From the NCBI RefSeq assembly GCF_006345805.1, contig NC_043002.1:118916001-118980000 (forward strand): a stretch of DNA of 64,000 nucleotides, given 5' to 3'. The notes under the pieces are model-generated. The model did no database searches, had not been told where the DNA came from, and saw nothing but the letters and a program-made list of their open reading frames with translations. The stretch is from Octopus sinensis (taxonomy: Eukaryota). Shown here piece after piece: positions 12,904 to 24,402 of the stretch. Positions within the stretch are counted from its first letter, which is position 1, and each line of letters begins with the position of its first letter. The position numbers were made by a program, and so were the translations under genes.

Positions 12904-13080
12904 ATTGCTTGACAACCGATGCTGGTGTGTTTACGTCCCCGTCATTTAGCGGTTCAGCAAAAAAGACCGATAGAATAAGTACTGGGCTTACAAAGAATAA
13001 GTCCCGGGGTTAATTTGCTCGATTAAAAAGCGGTGCTCCAGCATGGCCGCAGTCAAATGACTGAAACAAGTAAAAGAATA
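12904..13080 (+). mobile_element. SINE family A (3' part)
   Basis: attgcttgacaaccgatgc...actgaaacaagtaaaaga. Confidence 0.85.
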
Positions 13081-14271
13081 CTATCAAACCAGCAGCTGCA
13101 GCTATCTTCACATGAAGCATGGCTTTCTGAAGCTTTCTCCACAGCAACAGGAAGATATAAATGAGTATTAAATAAATAAATAAACAAGTTTGCAATCAGG
13201 TTTCAATTCCCAGTAGCATCCTCAGAAACTTAAAGCCTCCATTTACTTTAGATAACATGGGAAATTAGAAAAAAATAGCATTACAGAAATCTAAAAGCAT
13301 AACTTAGAAAATTGAACTGATAACAATTTGACCCATACCAAAGTACATTCTTCACAAAATTCTTTGCCAAGATATATCACCAATGTACATCAGTAAAAAA
13401 ATAATGTGCTTTAGAGATCTGAATACAAATTAATGTTATTTTAGCTAAAACACAATTATAAACTTTAAATGTTGGATTATATGCCATTCTGGGGAAAAAA
13501 GTTACATATATAAATTAACTATAGTGAAAATTTAAAGAAGCAAATTTGGTGCTGAGAAACCAAATCAGAAAAATTTAGCACAATGTTCAGTCAAATTACT
13601 GAAAATTTAATTGAAATAGAGTTGCCCTACAAAATCATGGTCTGGTAGATTTAAGTGGTAAGTTTGGAAAATTCACAAATACGATATCAGCTGAAGCACA
13701 TGTACATATGAAAAATAGTTTCTAAATATATCTCAGGTGTGCAAGTAATTTGAAAATACCTCACAGAGTGACAACCATGCCCTGCATAGTTATGGGCTGC
13801 CCTTTGGCAAGGCATAGCATCCATTCAATTACCCTGCCAGCAAAGCATGATGGATTGTGAAGAGGTAGCAAAATAGCTCCAGTGATGCTGCACAGAGGAA
13901 CACCAGAAGACCAACAGCCAGGATCACAAAGCTCCTTCAAAAGAGTAAGTGCAATACATCCAGAGGTGGCGTCCATGGTTGTGTAATCAGCTAATGAAAG
14001 GTTCACCATGACTAAAGCTCCCAATTCAAATTCTTAGCAATGGAACTGGATGATGCCAGAGTTATGATAATCCACAAAAGTAGCAAAAAAAAAAAAAAAA
14101 TCTATTAGATTTCACCTATGATCATCAGATATATGCTAGTAACTTACAATGTACTCATTTGCTCAATTGAGCAAATTAGTACATTGACTGATACCACCTA
14201 AGCACTGATGGATAGATAATCTGGATTTTATTATACACGTAACATGCACAACAAATTTCAAACAGTAAGCA

Positions 14272-14492
14272 TACCTATTTCTTTATTACCCACAAGGGGC
14301 TAAACACAGAGGGGACAAACATAGGTATTAAGTCGATTACATCGACCCCAATGCGTAACTGGTACTTAATTTATCGACCCCAAAAGGATGAAAGGCAAAG
14401 TCGACCTCGGCGGAATTTGAACTCACATCGTAACGCAGACGAAATACTGCTAAGCATTTCACTCAGTGTGCTAACGTTTCTGCCAGCTCGAC
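14272..14492 (-). mobile_element. SINE family B
   Basis: Same consensus, reversed. Confidence 0.85.
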
Positions 14493-15169
14493 CTACACAA
14501 TCTATACCTGCACAGTCTATATCAGTTCCTCTTTTGTTAACAAGCTTGATAGCATTGCCTTACATTTTAAATGGTGCCAAAGTAAGATTGCACAGGAGGC
14601 CATAAATTCATTAATCTTATCCCATAAGTCAACATTATGTATAGAGAAATGCAACCATGTGACCTAAATACTGATAAAATAATAATTTAGTTGTGACACA
14701 AAAACACTCCAAGTGAAAAACCTATCAACAATGGAAACAACTAGAACAAAAGCAAACAGTTAACCAACAGATATTAGATAATTGCCACAAAATGATTTCT
14801 AGTCTGTAGTATTAAATGGTAAATTCACAAGTCTATTTCAAAATGTTTAAATTTCATTTTCAATTATTTTCACATTCTTTTATCTTATTATGTATAGCAG
14901 TGGATATGAGGTGTTGAATATTATCAATCACATGCCCGTAAGTTTAAAAACCATACAATATTTATGACAATATGTTCATAAACAAAGCACATTACTACAC
15001 TACTTCAGTTTAAAATGCTAATACTCATGAGAAGAATCAAATACATCAACTAATATGCTTCTGTTAAGACACAGGAGTAAGAGATATACATGGTTGCAGA
15101 CATAATGAAATGATTAAGGGGTTTGTGTTCAAGCCTACTAAATGGTATCTTGGCAAATATATTTAACAA

Positions 15170-15434
15170 CAGCACGTAAAAAACACCATCCGATCGTGGC
15201 TGTTGCCAGCCTTGCCTAGCCCCCGTGCCGGTGGCACGTAAAAAGCACCATCCGTCCGTGGCCGTTTGCCAGCCCCATCTGGCACCTGTGCGGGTGGCAC
15301 ATAAAAAGGGCATCCAGCCGTAGAAACACTGCCAGATCAGACTGGGCCTGATGCAGCCTTCAGGCTTCCCAGACCCCAGTTGAACCGTCCAACCCATGCC
15401 AGCATGGAAAGCGGACGCTAAATGATGATGATGA
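15170..15434 (+). mobile_element. Family C RTE-tail repeat
   Basis: Ends ggacgctaaatgatgatgatga. Confidence 0.8.
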
Positions 15435-15563
15435 TTAGGTTGATCCATACTTGTGTATGGTGATCTTCTGGATTATGTGCATAAGATGGATTGTAGCTGT
15501 AACTCTAAAGCTCAACCTTGTCACATACTATATCAAGCTAATTTGGTATGAGAATTATATTAA

Positions 15564-15961
15564 CCCTTTTGTTACTAACCCAGCCAAAACCGGCTCTGGC
15601 TCTGTGGTAAAATGTCTTGGTTTCATAAGTTTTGAATTAAAATATTCTACCAAACCTTAGTCACAATTAATATTCCTAACACTAACTTAATGATAACTAA
15701 ATCATTTTACTAAATTCTTTGTTATATTTAAAGTAATTGAAAGAAACACAGAGCATCATCATCATCGTTTAGCGTCCGTTTTCCATGCTAGCATGGGTTG
15801 GACGGGTCAACTGGGGTCTGTGAAGCTGGAAGGCTTCGTCAGGCCCAGTCAGATCTGGCAGTGTTTCTACGGCTGGATGCCCTTCCTAACGCCAACCACT
15901 CCGCGAGTGTAGTGGGTGTTTTTTACGTGCCACCTGCAAAATAAATACAGTAACGAAAGGG
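15564..15961. mobile_element. piggyBac-type MITE family 1 (reverse orientation) with a nested RTE-tail repeat at 15754-15937
   Basis: TTAA|CCCTTTTGTTAC...GTAACGAAAGGG|TTAA, with an internal catcatcatcgtttagcgtcc... insert. Confidence 0.85.
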
Positions 15962-16277
15962 TTAAGGGTGCATGTTTGTGTGGAATATTCAACCACGTGG
16001 ATGTTAATTTAACAAATAGGTAGTTCAGTTTGATTAAACAGAATGCTCATCATCAAACCCAACAAGGGGTCCATCAAGGGATATGATTGCAGGACGATTT
16101 GTAGGACACACTTTAAAGTATTCAGGTTTCTTTATAAAAAAAAGTAATTCACTATATTCACTCCAGCCAATACTAAAATAACACAACACACCTACTTTGT
16201 AGCTGAGTGACAGATGTCAAGAGAAAAAAATCTACTTCTGATTCATCACTAGATTTATATTCTTAAATTATCTAATA

Positions 16278-16439
16278 GGTGCAGGAGTGGCTGTGTGGTA
16301 AGTAGCTTGTTTACCAACCACATGGTTCCGGGTTCAGTCCCACTGCGTGGCACCTTGGGCAAGTGTCTTCTACTATAGCCTCGGGCCAACCAAAGCCTTG
16401 TGAGTGGATTTGGTAGACGGAAACTGAAAGAAGCCCGTC

Positions 16440-16487
<48 letters not shown>

Positions 16488-16685
16488 GTGTGTATATGTT
16501 TGTGTGTGTGTGTTTGTCCCCCTAGCATTGCTGACAACCGATGCTGGTGTGTTTATGTCCCCGTTACTTAGCGGTTCGGCAAAAGAGACCAATAGAATAA
16601 GTACAAAAGAATAAGTCCCAGGGTCGAGTTGCTCGATTAAAAAGGCGGTGCTCCAGCATGGCCGCAGTCAAATGACTTAAAAGAG
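16278..16685 (+). mobile_element. SINE family A
   Basis: Same consensus; ends ~75 bp from the exon 2 donor. Confidence 0.88.
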
Positions 16686-16759
16686 CAATAAAATAATGTT
16701 GCGTATTCTCAATCCCATCACAGAACATTAGTTTTTAACCTGAATATAGAATGACTCAC

Positions 16760-16861
16760 CTCTGATGGCCCTGCAACTACCACATGGAAATATCGAGCAT
16801 TTGACTGATCAGGTGTGGCACTTATTCCAGGTACAGGCTCGGCCATGAGCCGCTGAGTCTC
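16760..16861 (-). CDS. UBE2N: UBE2N coding exon 2
   Basis: ttatttag | [34 protein letters not shown] | gtgagt. 102 nt, phase 0/0, matches Ubc13 residues 11-44. Confidence 0.97.
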
Positions 16862-16971
16862 CTAAATAAATAGAAAAACATTTTAAAGCTACTTTGAGTA
16901 TCTGTGAATGGAAAAGATGTGAAAATATAAAATATTACACTTACACTGAAATTATTAAATTTATACAATAA

Positions 16972-17341
16972 CTAACAGTATCGCCCGGCGTTGCTCAGGT
17001 TTGTAAGGGAAATAACTATATAAGCATTTTTAGAGAGTTATAGCCAAAAAATAGCAAAAAAATTATGGTAAATTTTTTTTAAATCGTTGACTCATCGTAG
17101 ACATTTTTAGAGAGTTACTTCCCTTATATAATAGCGAAAAAATGCATTAAAATGGGAAAAAAATTATGGTAAATTTTTTTTTAAATCGTAGACTCATCGT
17201 AGACGCGCGCTAATACCCAGAAGGGCTCGATATGAATCAAGACTATAAGATTGGTTAAACTGCACCGCAAAATGTGGGAGTAGTTAGGAATCTAAATCGT
17301 AGGAGATAAACAGCACACAACCTCACTTTTATATATAAAGA
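16972..17341 (-). mobile_element. Non-autonomous Helitron (~370 bp)
   Basis: Minus strand starts A|TCTTTATATATAAAAGTGAGG and ends with a subterminal hairpin CCTGAGCAACGCCGGG followed by ...TACTGTTAG|T (CTAG variant). Inserted between A and T with no TSD; has an internal duplication. Confidence 0.8.
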
Positions 17342-17986
17342 TTTACAAATATAAAAATGCATATTTCAAATAAAATAAGAGCAAATATACTAATAACATA
17401 CATTAGGGTGATGATATAGCAAAAATAACTGCTTCAGATTAAATATGTACTAAAAGCATTTGGTTTCATTCCTACAAAGCGCAAAGTAATTATCATTAGC
17501 ATAAATTAGACCAAATAACCCTTTACCAAAACAGATAAAAAGATACTTCTGTGTCAGTGCTGGGAGGAAGATACAGTCCCTCAGGATATGCGGGATGCTA
17601 ACAGCATTACGCTTTACAAAAACAAAAGTGACCGTGGTGATTGTAACAATTCCCTTCTTTCCTGCCACCAAAAAAAATCATTTTGTTCACATTGTAATGC
17701 AGTTGACAAATCAAATAGAAACAATGTAGGGTCAAGAAGGCAAATTTTGTTGAGAGTGTGACAACCTGACAAGTGCTGGTGCCATGAGAAGATGAACACA
17801 CTCTGTAAAGTGGTTGGTGTTAAGGAGGTCACTCAGCTGTCGAGATCATGTCAACAGAGATGACTTAAGACAGACTTGATCTGCCAACCTGGCAGTAACT
17901 CAGAATAAGAACCAACTCAGACCATTCAACCCATGCCAGAATGGAAATGGACTTAAAATGAAGATGATGACAACTTCACTAAAAAT

Positions 17987-18370
17987 GAGTGGCTGTGTGG
18001 TAAGAAGCTTGCTAACCAACCACATGGTTCCGGGTTCAGTCCCACTGCGTGGCATCTTGGGCAAGTGTCTTCTGCTATAGCCTCGGGCCGACCAATGCCT
18101 TGTGAGTGGATTTGGTAGACGGAAACTGAAAGAAACCCGTCATATATATGTATATATATATATATGTATGAGTGTGTATATGTTTATCTCTCTAGCATTG
18201 CTTGACAACCGATGCTGGTGTGTTTACGTCCCCATCACTTAGTGGTTCGGCAAAAGAGACCGATAGAATAAGTACTGGGCTTACAAAGAATAAGTCCTGG
18301 GGTCGATTTGCTCGACTAAAAGCTGTGCTCCAACATGGCCACAGTCAAATGACTGAAACAAGTAAAAGAG
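17987..18370 (+). mobile_element. SINE family A
   Basis: Same consensus. Confidence 0.88.
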
Positions 18371-18749
18371 TATTCCAGATATGCCTTAACTGTGAAAATT
18401 GAACTTGATATTTTATATTCATTATAAGCAATAAATGTGATAGGTTGAAAGGGACTCAAAGCTTTAGGTGTATCCAATGTAGCACTGGCACAACTAGCAA
18501 CAGAAACAGTAATGAATAAAAGACTATGGACTATTCAAACAGCTCGAAAGAAGTAGATAGATTGCTGAGTTGTGTTAAGTTATTAGTACTAAATTCAAAC
18601 TAGGGTAACACAGTAGCTAAAATAGTAAGTTATAAGAGATTAGAGATTTCTTTCTGAAGGCATTAACTATTAACATCACAAACTCATTCAAGTAGTTCAT
18701 GAGGTACACAGTACTTTAAATATCTAATTCATTATCTTTTATCTTTGAT

Positions 18750-19152
18750 GGCGCAGGAGTGGCTGTGTGATAAGTAGCTTGTTTACCAACCACATGGTTC
18801 CGGGTTCAGTCCCACTGCGTGGCATCTTGGGCAAGTGTCTTCTGCTATAGCCCCGGGCCGACCAATGCCTTGTGAGTGGATTTGGTAGACGGAAACTCTA
18901 AAGAAGCCTGTCGTATATATGTATATATATATATGTGTGTGTGTGTGTGTCTGTGTTTGTCCCCCTAGCATTGCTTGACAACCGATGTTGGTGTGTTTAC
19001 TTAGCGGTTCGGCAAAAAAGAGACCGATAGAATAAGTACTGGGCTTACAAAGAATAAGTCCCGGGGTCGATTTGCTCGATTAAAGGTGGTGCTCCAGCAT
19101 GGCCGCAGTCAAATGACTGAAACAAGTAAAAGAGTAAAGAGTAAAAGAGAGT
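18750..19152 (+). mobile_element. SINE family A
   Basis: Same consensus, with an (AAGAGTA)n tail. Confidence 0.88.
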
Positions 19153-19499
19153 AAGTGTCTTTTTATGATAAAAATATTAGTAACCCTCCATATAAATTGA
19201 AGCCCTTATGATTTATTCTTGGTAAGAGTGAGATTTAACATTAAATTAGCAACTTATCCACCAATTAAGAGCTTTATTTATTGTGTAGCCAATGTCTACC
19301 ACTGAAATTTTTTTTAATTGAATATCTTTTGCCACCATATGGATACTTCAGGACAGCTAAATAAATACTCAGAGACAACCAGAAAAGTGAGCTCAGAGCT
19401 GGCAACTGCTCAGAATTATCTCTAGTAATTCTGTTCTACTCATTAGAAAAGATAGATTACACTGCGTAACAAAGTTCTTTCTATTCATATTTTTGACTT

Positions 19500-19900
19500 T
19501 GGTCAATAAGTGCTATTTCCTATTTGCTTCTATGTAGAAATGAAAGGAAATGACTACCATTCCCTTCAAACTTTGCTTTTACCATCTATTTTGAAACTGA
19601 CATTTTCCATTACATTTCAGACAGATTCAGTGTTGAGTTACTAAAGCAGAAATACTGTTATAGCAAATATTCTGCTCAATACCACAAGTTTGCTTGTCTA
19701 TAACTACTTGAGCATGTCCATTAGTGGTTAACAATGAGCAAGAGTAGAGGGATTCTTTGGAGTTGGAATAAATGTAACACTAGTAAAGTTTGAAGTAAAT
19801 AGTAATTTTTCATACTTTCTAGGGGTAAGCAAACGGGAAAAAACAGTTGCTCGACAAGGACAAAAATTGTGTCAAACAGTGTTACGATATAAGTAAGATT
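19500..19900. repeat. Dispersed MITE-like repeat with internal imperfect inverted symmetry, copy 1
   Basis: Colinear with 63165-63615 (ttcctatttgcttctat...ctaccattcccttcaaactttgcttt...ttctaggggtaagcaaa). Confidence 0.7.
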
Positions 19901-20482
19901 CATTTTAAAAAGGAAAATATTAAAACTGCATAAGAAAGCTGGACTTCAAATCAACCACTGCAGCATCTATAGAATTAGTTCTCACACCAATTATGTAACA
20001 TTCAAAAAGTTGCATTATCATAAATGACTTTCACATACTAGACTCTTATTCCACTAATAAGTGATATACCTCAGTCTAAGTGCAATTGTAGGAAACTAAC
20101 TGTGATCTAGAATTACTATTTGCTAGAGACCCTGAAAATCTATAAATCTTAATTGTTGCATGCTAAAATTGCTAGATTTGTACCAAAAATTATCATTCCC
20201 AAAGAACCAGGCAGGCATTCCACTATATCTTTTAATATATTCCCAACTCTTTTATGATTTTCCAATAAAAGATTTTCATGATCAATAAAACATGACCCCA
20301 AATAGCTTTTACTAGACATTTTTCGTCTTCTTTCACTGACCTTGAACCCTTTGCTATTAATAGTGTAAGATAAATATGGAAGAATTCAATATAAAAAACA
20401 AAGTTATTAAACAATTTCATGTATGGTCAATGGTTTACTTTGCTATTTAAAACTGTATCAACGATGGTTTTCAGTAGTTTAA

Positions 20483-20686
20483 CCTTTTAGCATTTAAACC
20501 GGCCCAAATATTATGCTTTATGTTGAAACCAGCCAGATCCAGCCTATCACACCTACCCTACAGTGTCATTCTGAAAATAAACAATCACATCATCAATATT
20601 TCGAAACTACAAGATAATGCATGATTAATTCAAAATAATATGAAAGAATAAGCATTACATATGACAGTAATCTGAATGCTAAAGGA
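20483..20686. mobile_element. TTAA MITE family 2
   Basis: TTAA|CCTTTTAGCATT...AATGCTAAAGGA|TTAA. Homologous to 23219-23439 and to decayed copies at ~1150-1366 and ~4590-4786. Confidence 0.75.
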
Positions 20687-20899
20687 TTAAACAAACTGCA
20701 AATTTTTATGTCAGCAATCTTTGACCAGTTGCAATGCATGTTAAAATATTTGAGTATTAAATACGGTTCATCAAGTGAAAAGATGCCTTTTGTGCATCAT
20801 ACAGCCAGCAAGTCTCCCACTTAAATTGCAGCCATTCCTTTAGTCACTTGCCAAAAGAGTGTGTACTAACTTTGCAGAAACCTCCCACCTATTATTGCT

Positions 20900-22260
20900 C
20901 AAGCAAATGCATCTAATGGAGAGTTTCAACATTTACTGAACACTTCTCTTGAAACACTATAATACACACTGGATGAAACTATTCACAAACTTATCTTTCC
21001 CACTAGTCTCCCCATTATGTACACATACATGCCAAGCAAGAAAACCCCTCTTCTCACTTCAAACCAGCAAAGCTGCTAATCTTAACAACATCCCTTCAAA
21101 TACCCTAAAACACTGCACACTAGAGCTATCCCTAATCCTTGCCTTTTCATACATCTCTCTACTGATATCTTTCCCATCCTTTGAAAACATGTCTAAGAGC
21201 AATTTTTCTAATTTGGCCAATGAATAACTTATTGCTTTCACTACTGACATCTCAAGAGATGGAAATAGACACTTAACAACCACCTTCAATCTTGTTGCCT
21301 GTTGGACCATCAGTACAGCAATCCATTCGCTAAACACCTGCTTACTGTGTTATTCACCCTTGAGAAGTGAACATAATGCTATTGCATTTGACATCAGTAT
21401 TGTATTTGATCACATCTGGTATGAGAATCCAAGAAACCTGCCTATAGGCTTCAGTCATTTCCTCTTTTTCATTGCAAGCTTCCTTAACATGCACTGCTAG
21501 AGTTTTCTTTCGGGATCGATGGGCCACGCCTTCGTACTGAAAATCGAGATCGAGCGAGCTTTTGCCCTTTTGCTCGACGTGTGGTTTCCGTCCACGCTGA
21601 GCTCGCCTTGGGACACCTGCGTTACCGTTTGACAGACGTACAGCCCCAGTCAAACTCCCCGACCGACACTGTTCTCGACTAGAGAACACAATCAAATTTG
21701 GTGTGATCCAAGGTTCAGTTATGTACCCCACTCTTTCTTCCCATAAACTGTTGTCACTTCAAACAATGCCCACCCCACCAGACATTCTACACAAAGACAT
21801 CATCCGCATGCAATCTAAATATCTCTTGTTAAACTAGCACTGCCTCTGAGATTTTGAAAACACTCCAATGGAGATATGGCAATCTTATCTTTCAAAAAGC
21901 ACAAAGACACAATCACTGCACAATCTTGGACAATACAAGAATTAAAATTTTCAGTCTCTAGAAGTGTTTGATTTCATTATCTTTATAGGCCTTTCCTGAC
22001 AATCTTACATTCATAAGATAGCGAACATTGCATTCCATAAGACTAACCTTCCTCTTCTGTAGCAGAGAATATTCAGCTTCTGTATAACTCAAGTAAGAAC
22101 TATCATGGAAAACTGTTCCCTGCACACAAAAATCCTAAATTGCATCTAAAAGAAAGCCATCTTGGTAGCTGGTAATAACTTACTCAGCACACAACCACCT
22201 GTGTTGTAATGCATAACTCATTTACTTCCTTAAAAAATTTTTTTAATGACAAAAATTAAG
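20900..22260 (+). mobile_element. Highly decayed non-LTR retrotransposon RT (CR1/L2/Jockey-like), interrupted by the 28S fragment
   Basis: Remnant RT motifs IAFDISIVFDHIWY (~21381, cf. ALDISKAFDRVWH), GVIQGSVMYPTL (21700, cf. GVPQGSVLSPTL) and TQVRTIMENCS (~22087). Many frameshifts; ends approximate. Confidence 0.65.
21503..21678 (-). pseudogene. Retroposed 28S rRNA fragment (domain V region)
   Basis: Minus strand GGGGAGTTTGACTGGGGCTGTACGTCTGTCAAACGGTAACGCAGGTGTCCCAAGGCGAGCTCAG...GGGCAAAAGCTCGCTCGATCTCGATTTTCAGTACGAA matches conserved eukaryotic LSU rRNA. Only ~165 nt, flanked by CTAGAG direct repeats. Confidence 0.93.
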
Positions 22261-22302
22261 ATCAAATTTAACAAGACTTCTCCACACATGAATGACGGTA
22301 TC

Positions 22303-22516
22303 TCTGGCAGAAACGTTAGCACACCGGGTGAAATGCGTAGCCGTATTTTGTCTGCAGTTACTTTCTGAGTTCAAATTCCGCCGAGGTCGATTAAATAAGT
22401 ACTAGTTGCGGGGTCGATTAAATAAGTACTAGTTGCGCACTGGGGTCGATATAATTGACTTAATCCGTTTGTCCCCTCTGTGTTTAGCCCCTTATGGGTA
22501 GTAAAGAAATAGGTAT
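22303..22516 (+). mobile_element. SINE family B (internal deletion/duplication)
   Basis: ggtcgattaaataagtactagttgcg is duplicated. Confidence 0.8.
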
Positions 22517-22924
22517 CTCTGAATCATTCACGAGCAGCAACCATACACATAGGGTCACACAAACCACTTCACCCAATTATTCTCACATTTTTCTCCTTCT
22601 GCAGACAACAAATATCCGATTTCAACATCAACACCTGTGAAAATCTTGAACACTGCTGCTTCCTAACTAAACCAAGAAAAAAAAAAGTTACGACATTAGC
22701 AGCACTACCAGCTATATTCTAAATTTATTATAAATACTGCATAATTGAATCATAAAAATAAATAAAAACACACAGGTGTATATTCTAAAGGTAAAGGAGA
22801 TATATATGAATATATATGCATGCACAAATACAAGATTGAGAATGTAAATTTAAGAGTTCATGAGCTATAGGATTTATTTCAGAAAGTGACAAATACTAAT
22901 GTGACTAAGGATTTGTGCTTAGTG

Positions 22925-23208
22925 TTTCAATGATTCGTTGCTGGGTCATTTTTCCAAGCTGGGGCACCCCCTAGAAGGGTTTAGCCAAGCAAATCGACCT
23001 CAGAACTTACTTTGAAGTCTAGTACATATTCCAATGATCTCTTTTTGCTGAACATAAACAAACACCAGTTGTCATCAAGTGGTGAGAGACAAATGCATAC
23101 ATACACATAATGAGCTTCTGCACAGTTTCTGCTTGTTGGTCACTGGTCAACCCAGGACTATAATAGAACCATGTAGTTGCAAAGCAAGCTTCTTAACCAC
23201 ACAGTCAT
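22925..23208 (-). mobile_element. Old, decayed family A-related SINE
   Basis: gtttcaatgatt...gcaaatcgacc...gcttcttaaccacacag in reverse orientation. Confidence 0.5.
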
Positions 23209-23218
23209 GTTTGTTTAA

Positions 23219-23439
23219 TCCTTTAGCATTTAAACTGACATATCTGGCCCAAATATTTTATCTGTTTCATCTTCAAACCAGCCACATTGGACCTCTCATA
23301 CCTACTCTACAATATTGTTCTAAAAATAAACTTTCACATCATATTAAAATCTCAAAGGTACAAGATAATGCATGATTAATTCAAAACAATGCGATTAAAT
23401 AAACATTACATTTGACAGAGTAATCTGAATGCTAAAAGG
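23219..23439. mobile_element. TTAA MITE family 2
   Basis: TTAA|TCCTTTAGCATT...AATGCTAAAAGG|TTAA. Confidence 0.75.
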
Positions 23440-23763
23440 TTAACTACAGTAAAGTTGTTAATCAGAAGCTACACTCCTAAACAAAGTTCATTAGAGTAGG
23501 AGGAGTCATGCAAAATAAATAACACAAATCAACATGTCTATGCTAAACTCTAGAAGATTAAAATTAAACACATCCACTCTCCACGAAGGATATTTCTAAA
23601 AGGAGGGGGGGGTTACTAAAGGAAATCTTCACAGGAAAATTAAATAAATTAAACACTAGTTTAACATAAAATACAGTATCACTGATATATATGGCAATTA
23701 GAAAACATTCAATTTCCTAACTTGAATCCTAATGTTTAATTTCACGTTAACTAATATTATATA

Positions 23764-24024
23764 TTTACGGAGATGTACTCGCATAGCAAGTGATTTGATC
23801 TGAGATCGTATGCTGGAACGAAAACAATTGCAGCGTGGAAGGTGTTTGTAAGCCATTTAAGAAACACACAAAAGCCGTTCGATTCACTTCAACATTTAAG
23901 TTTAATTTGTCAAAATATTTTCGTCGCTAAAATCCGCGACCTGTTCACTGACAAAAATCCGTGCTGCATCTGAGCATTTGTGTGTTTCTTAAATGGCTTA
24001 CAAACACCTCCTATGCGGCAATTG
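23764..24024 (-). mobile_element. Small foldback insert, putative non-autonomous Penelope-like (pLTR) derivative
   Basis: 49-bp inverted arms 23824-23872 / 23977-24025. 12-bp flanking direct repeat TAATATTATATA (23752-23763, 24025-24036). Internal hammerhead-like motif. Confidence 0.6.
23906..23955 (-). ncRNA. Minimal type-I hammerhead-ribozyme-like motif with variant core
   Basis: UUUGUCA-GUGAACA-G-GUCGC-GGAUUUUA-GCGAC-GAA-AAUAUU-U-UGACAAA: 7-bp helix I, 5-bp helix II, palindromic helix III, core G3/C8 instead of C3/G8. Confidence 0.55.
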
Positions 24025-24402
24025 TAATATTATATACAGAGTTAAAAAGATTACTGGCAATGAACAATATAAAGTGACTGCAAAAGAAAACGATAATAGT
24101 ATTGAGTGATTAGTACAGATTATATATAACCAGAAGAGAAATAAATCCAAGAGCACTTCCTGTGAAGTAATTTAGATTAACTAAACAAAATTAGGGTTAA
24201 TAAAGAATATTGAGGAAATGAGATAACATTAGACAAAAACAATTGACCAGACCTACACAACAGCAGAATATAAATGATGATGATGATGATGATGAAGAGA
24301 TGCTTTCTGCTGCCAGTAATGCACAAATTCTGCATACAATACCAATTATATCAACTAAGCCAACAGTTAAAATGTTGAAATACACTATATTGATAAAACA
24401 GG

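Noticed and set aside
21503-21678. Functional rRNA gene
   Set aside because: Only ~165 nt, with an apparent internal deletion and no neighbouring rDNA.
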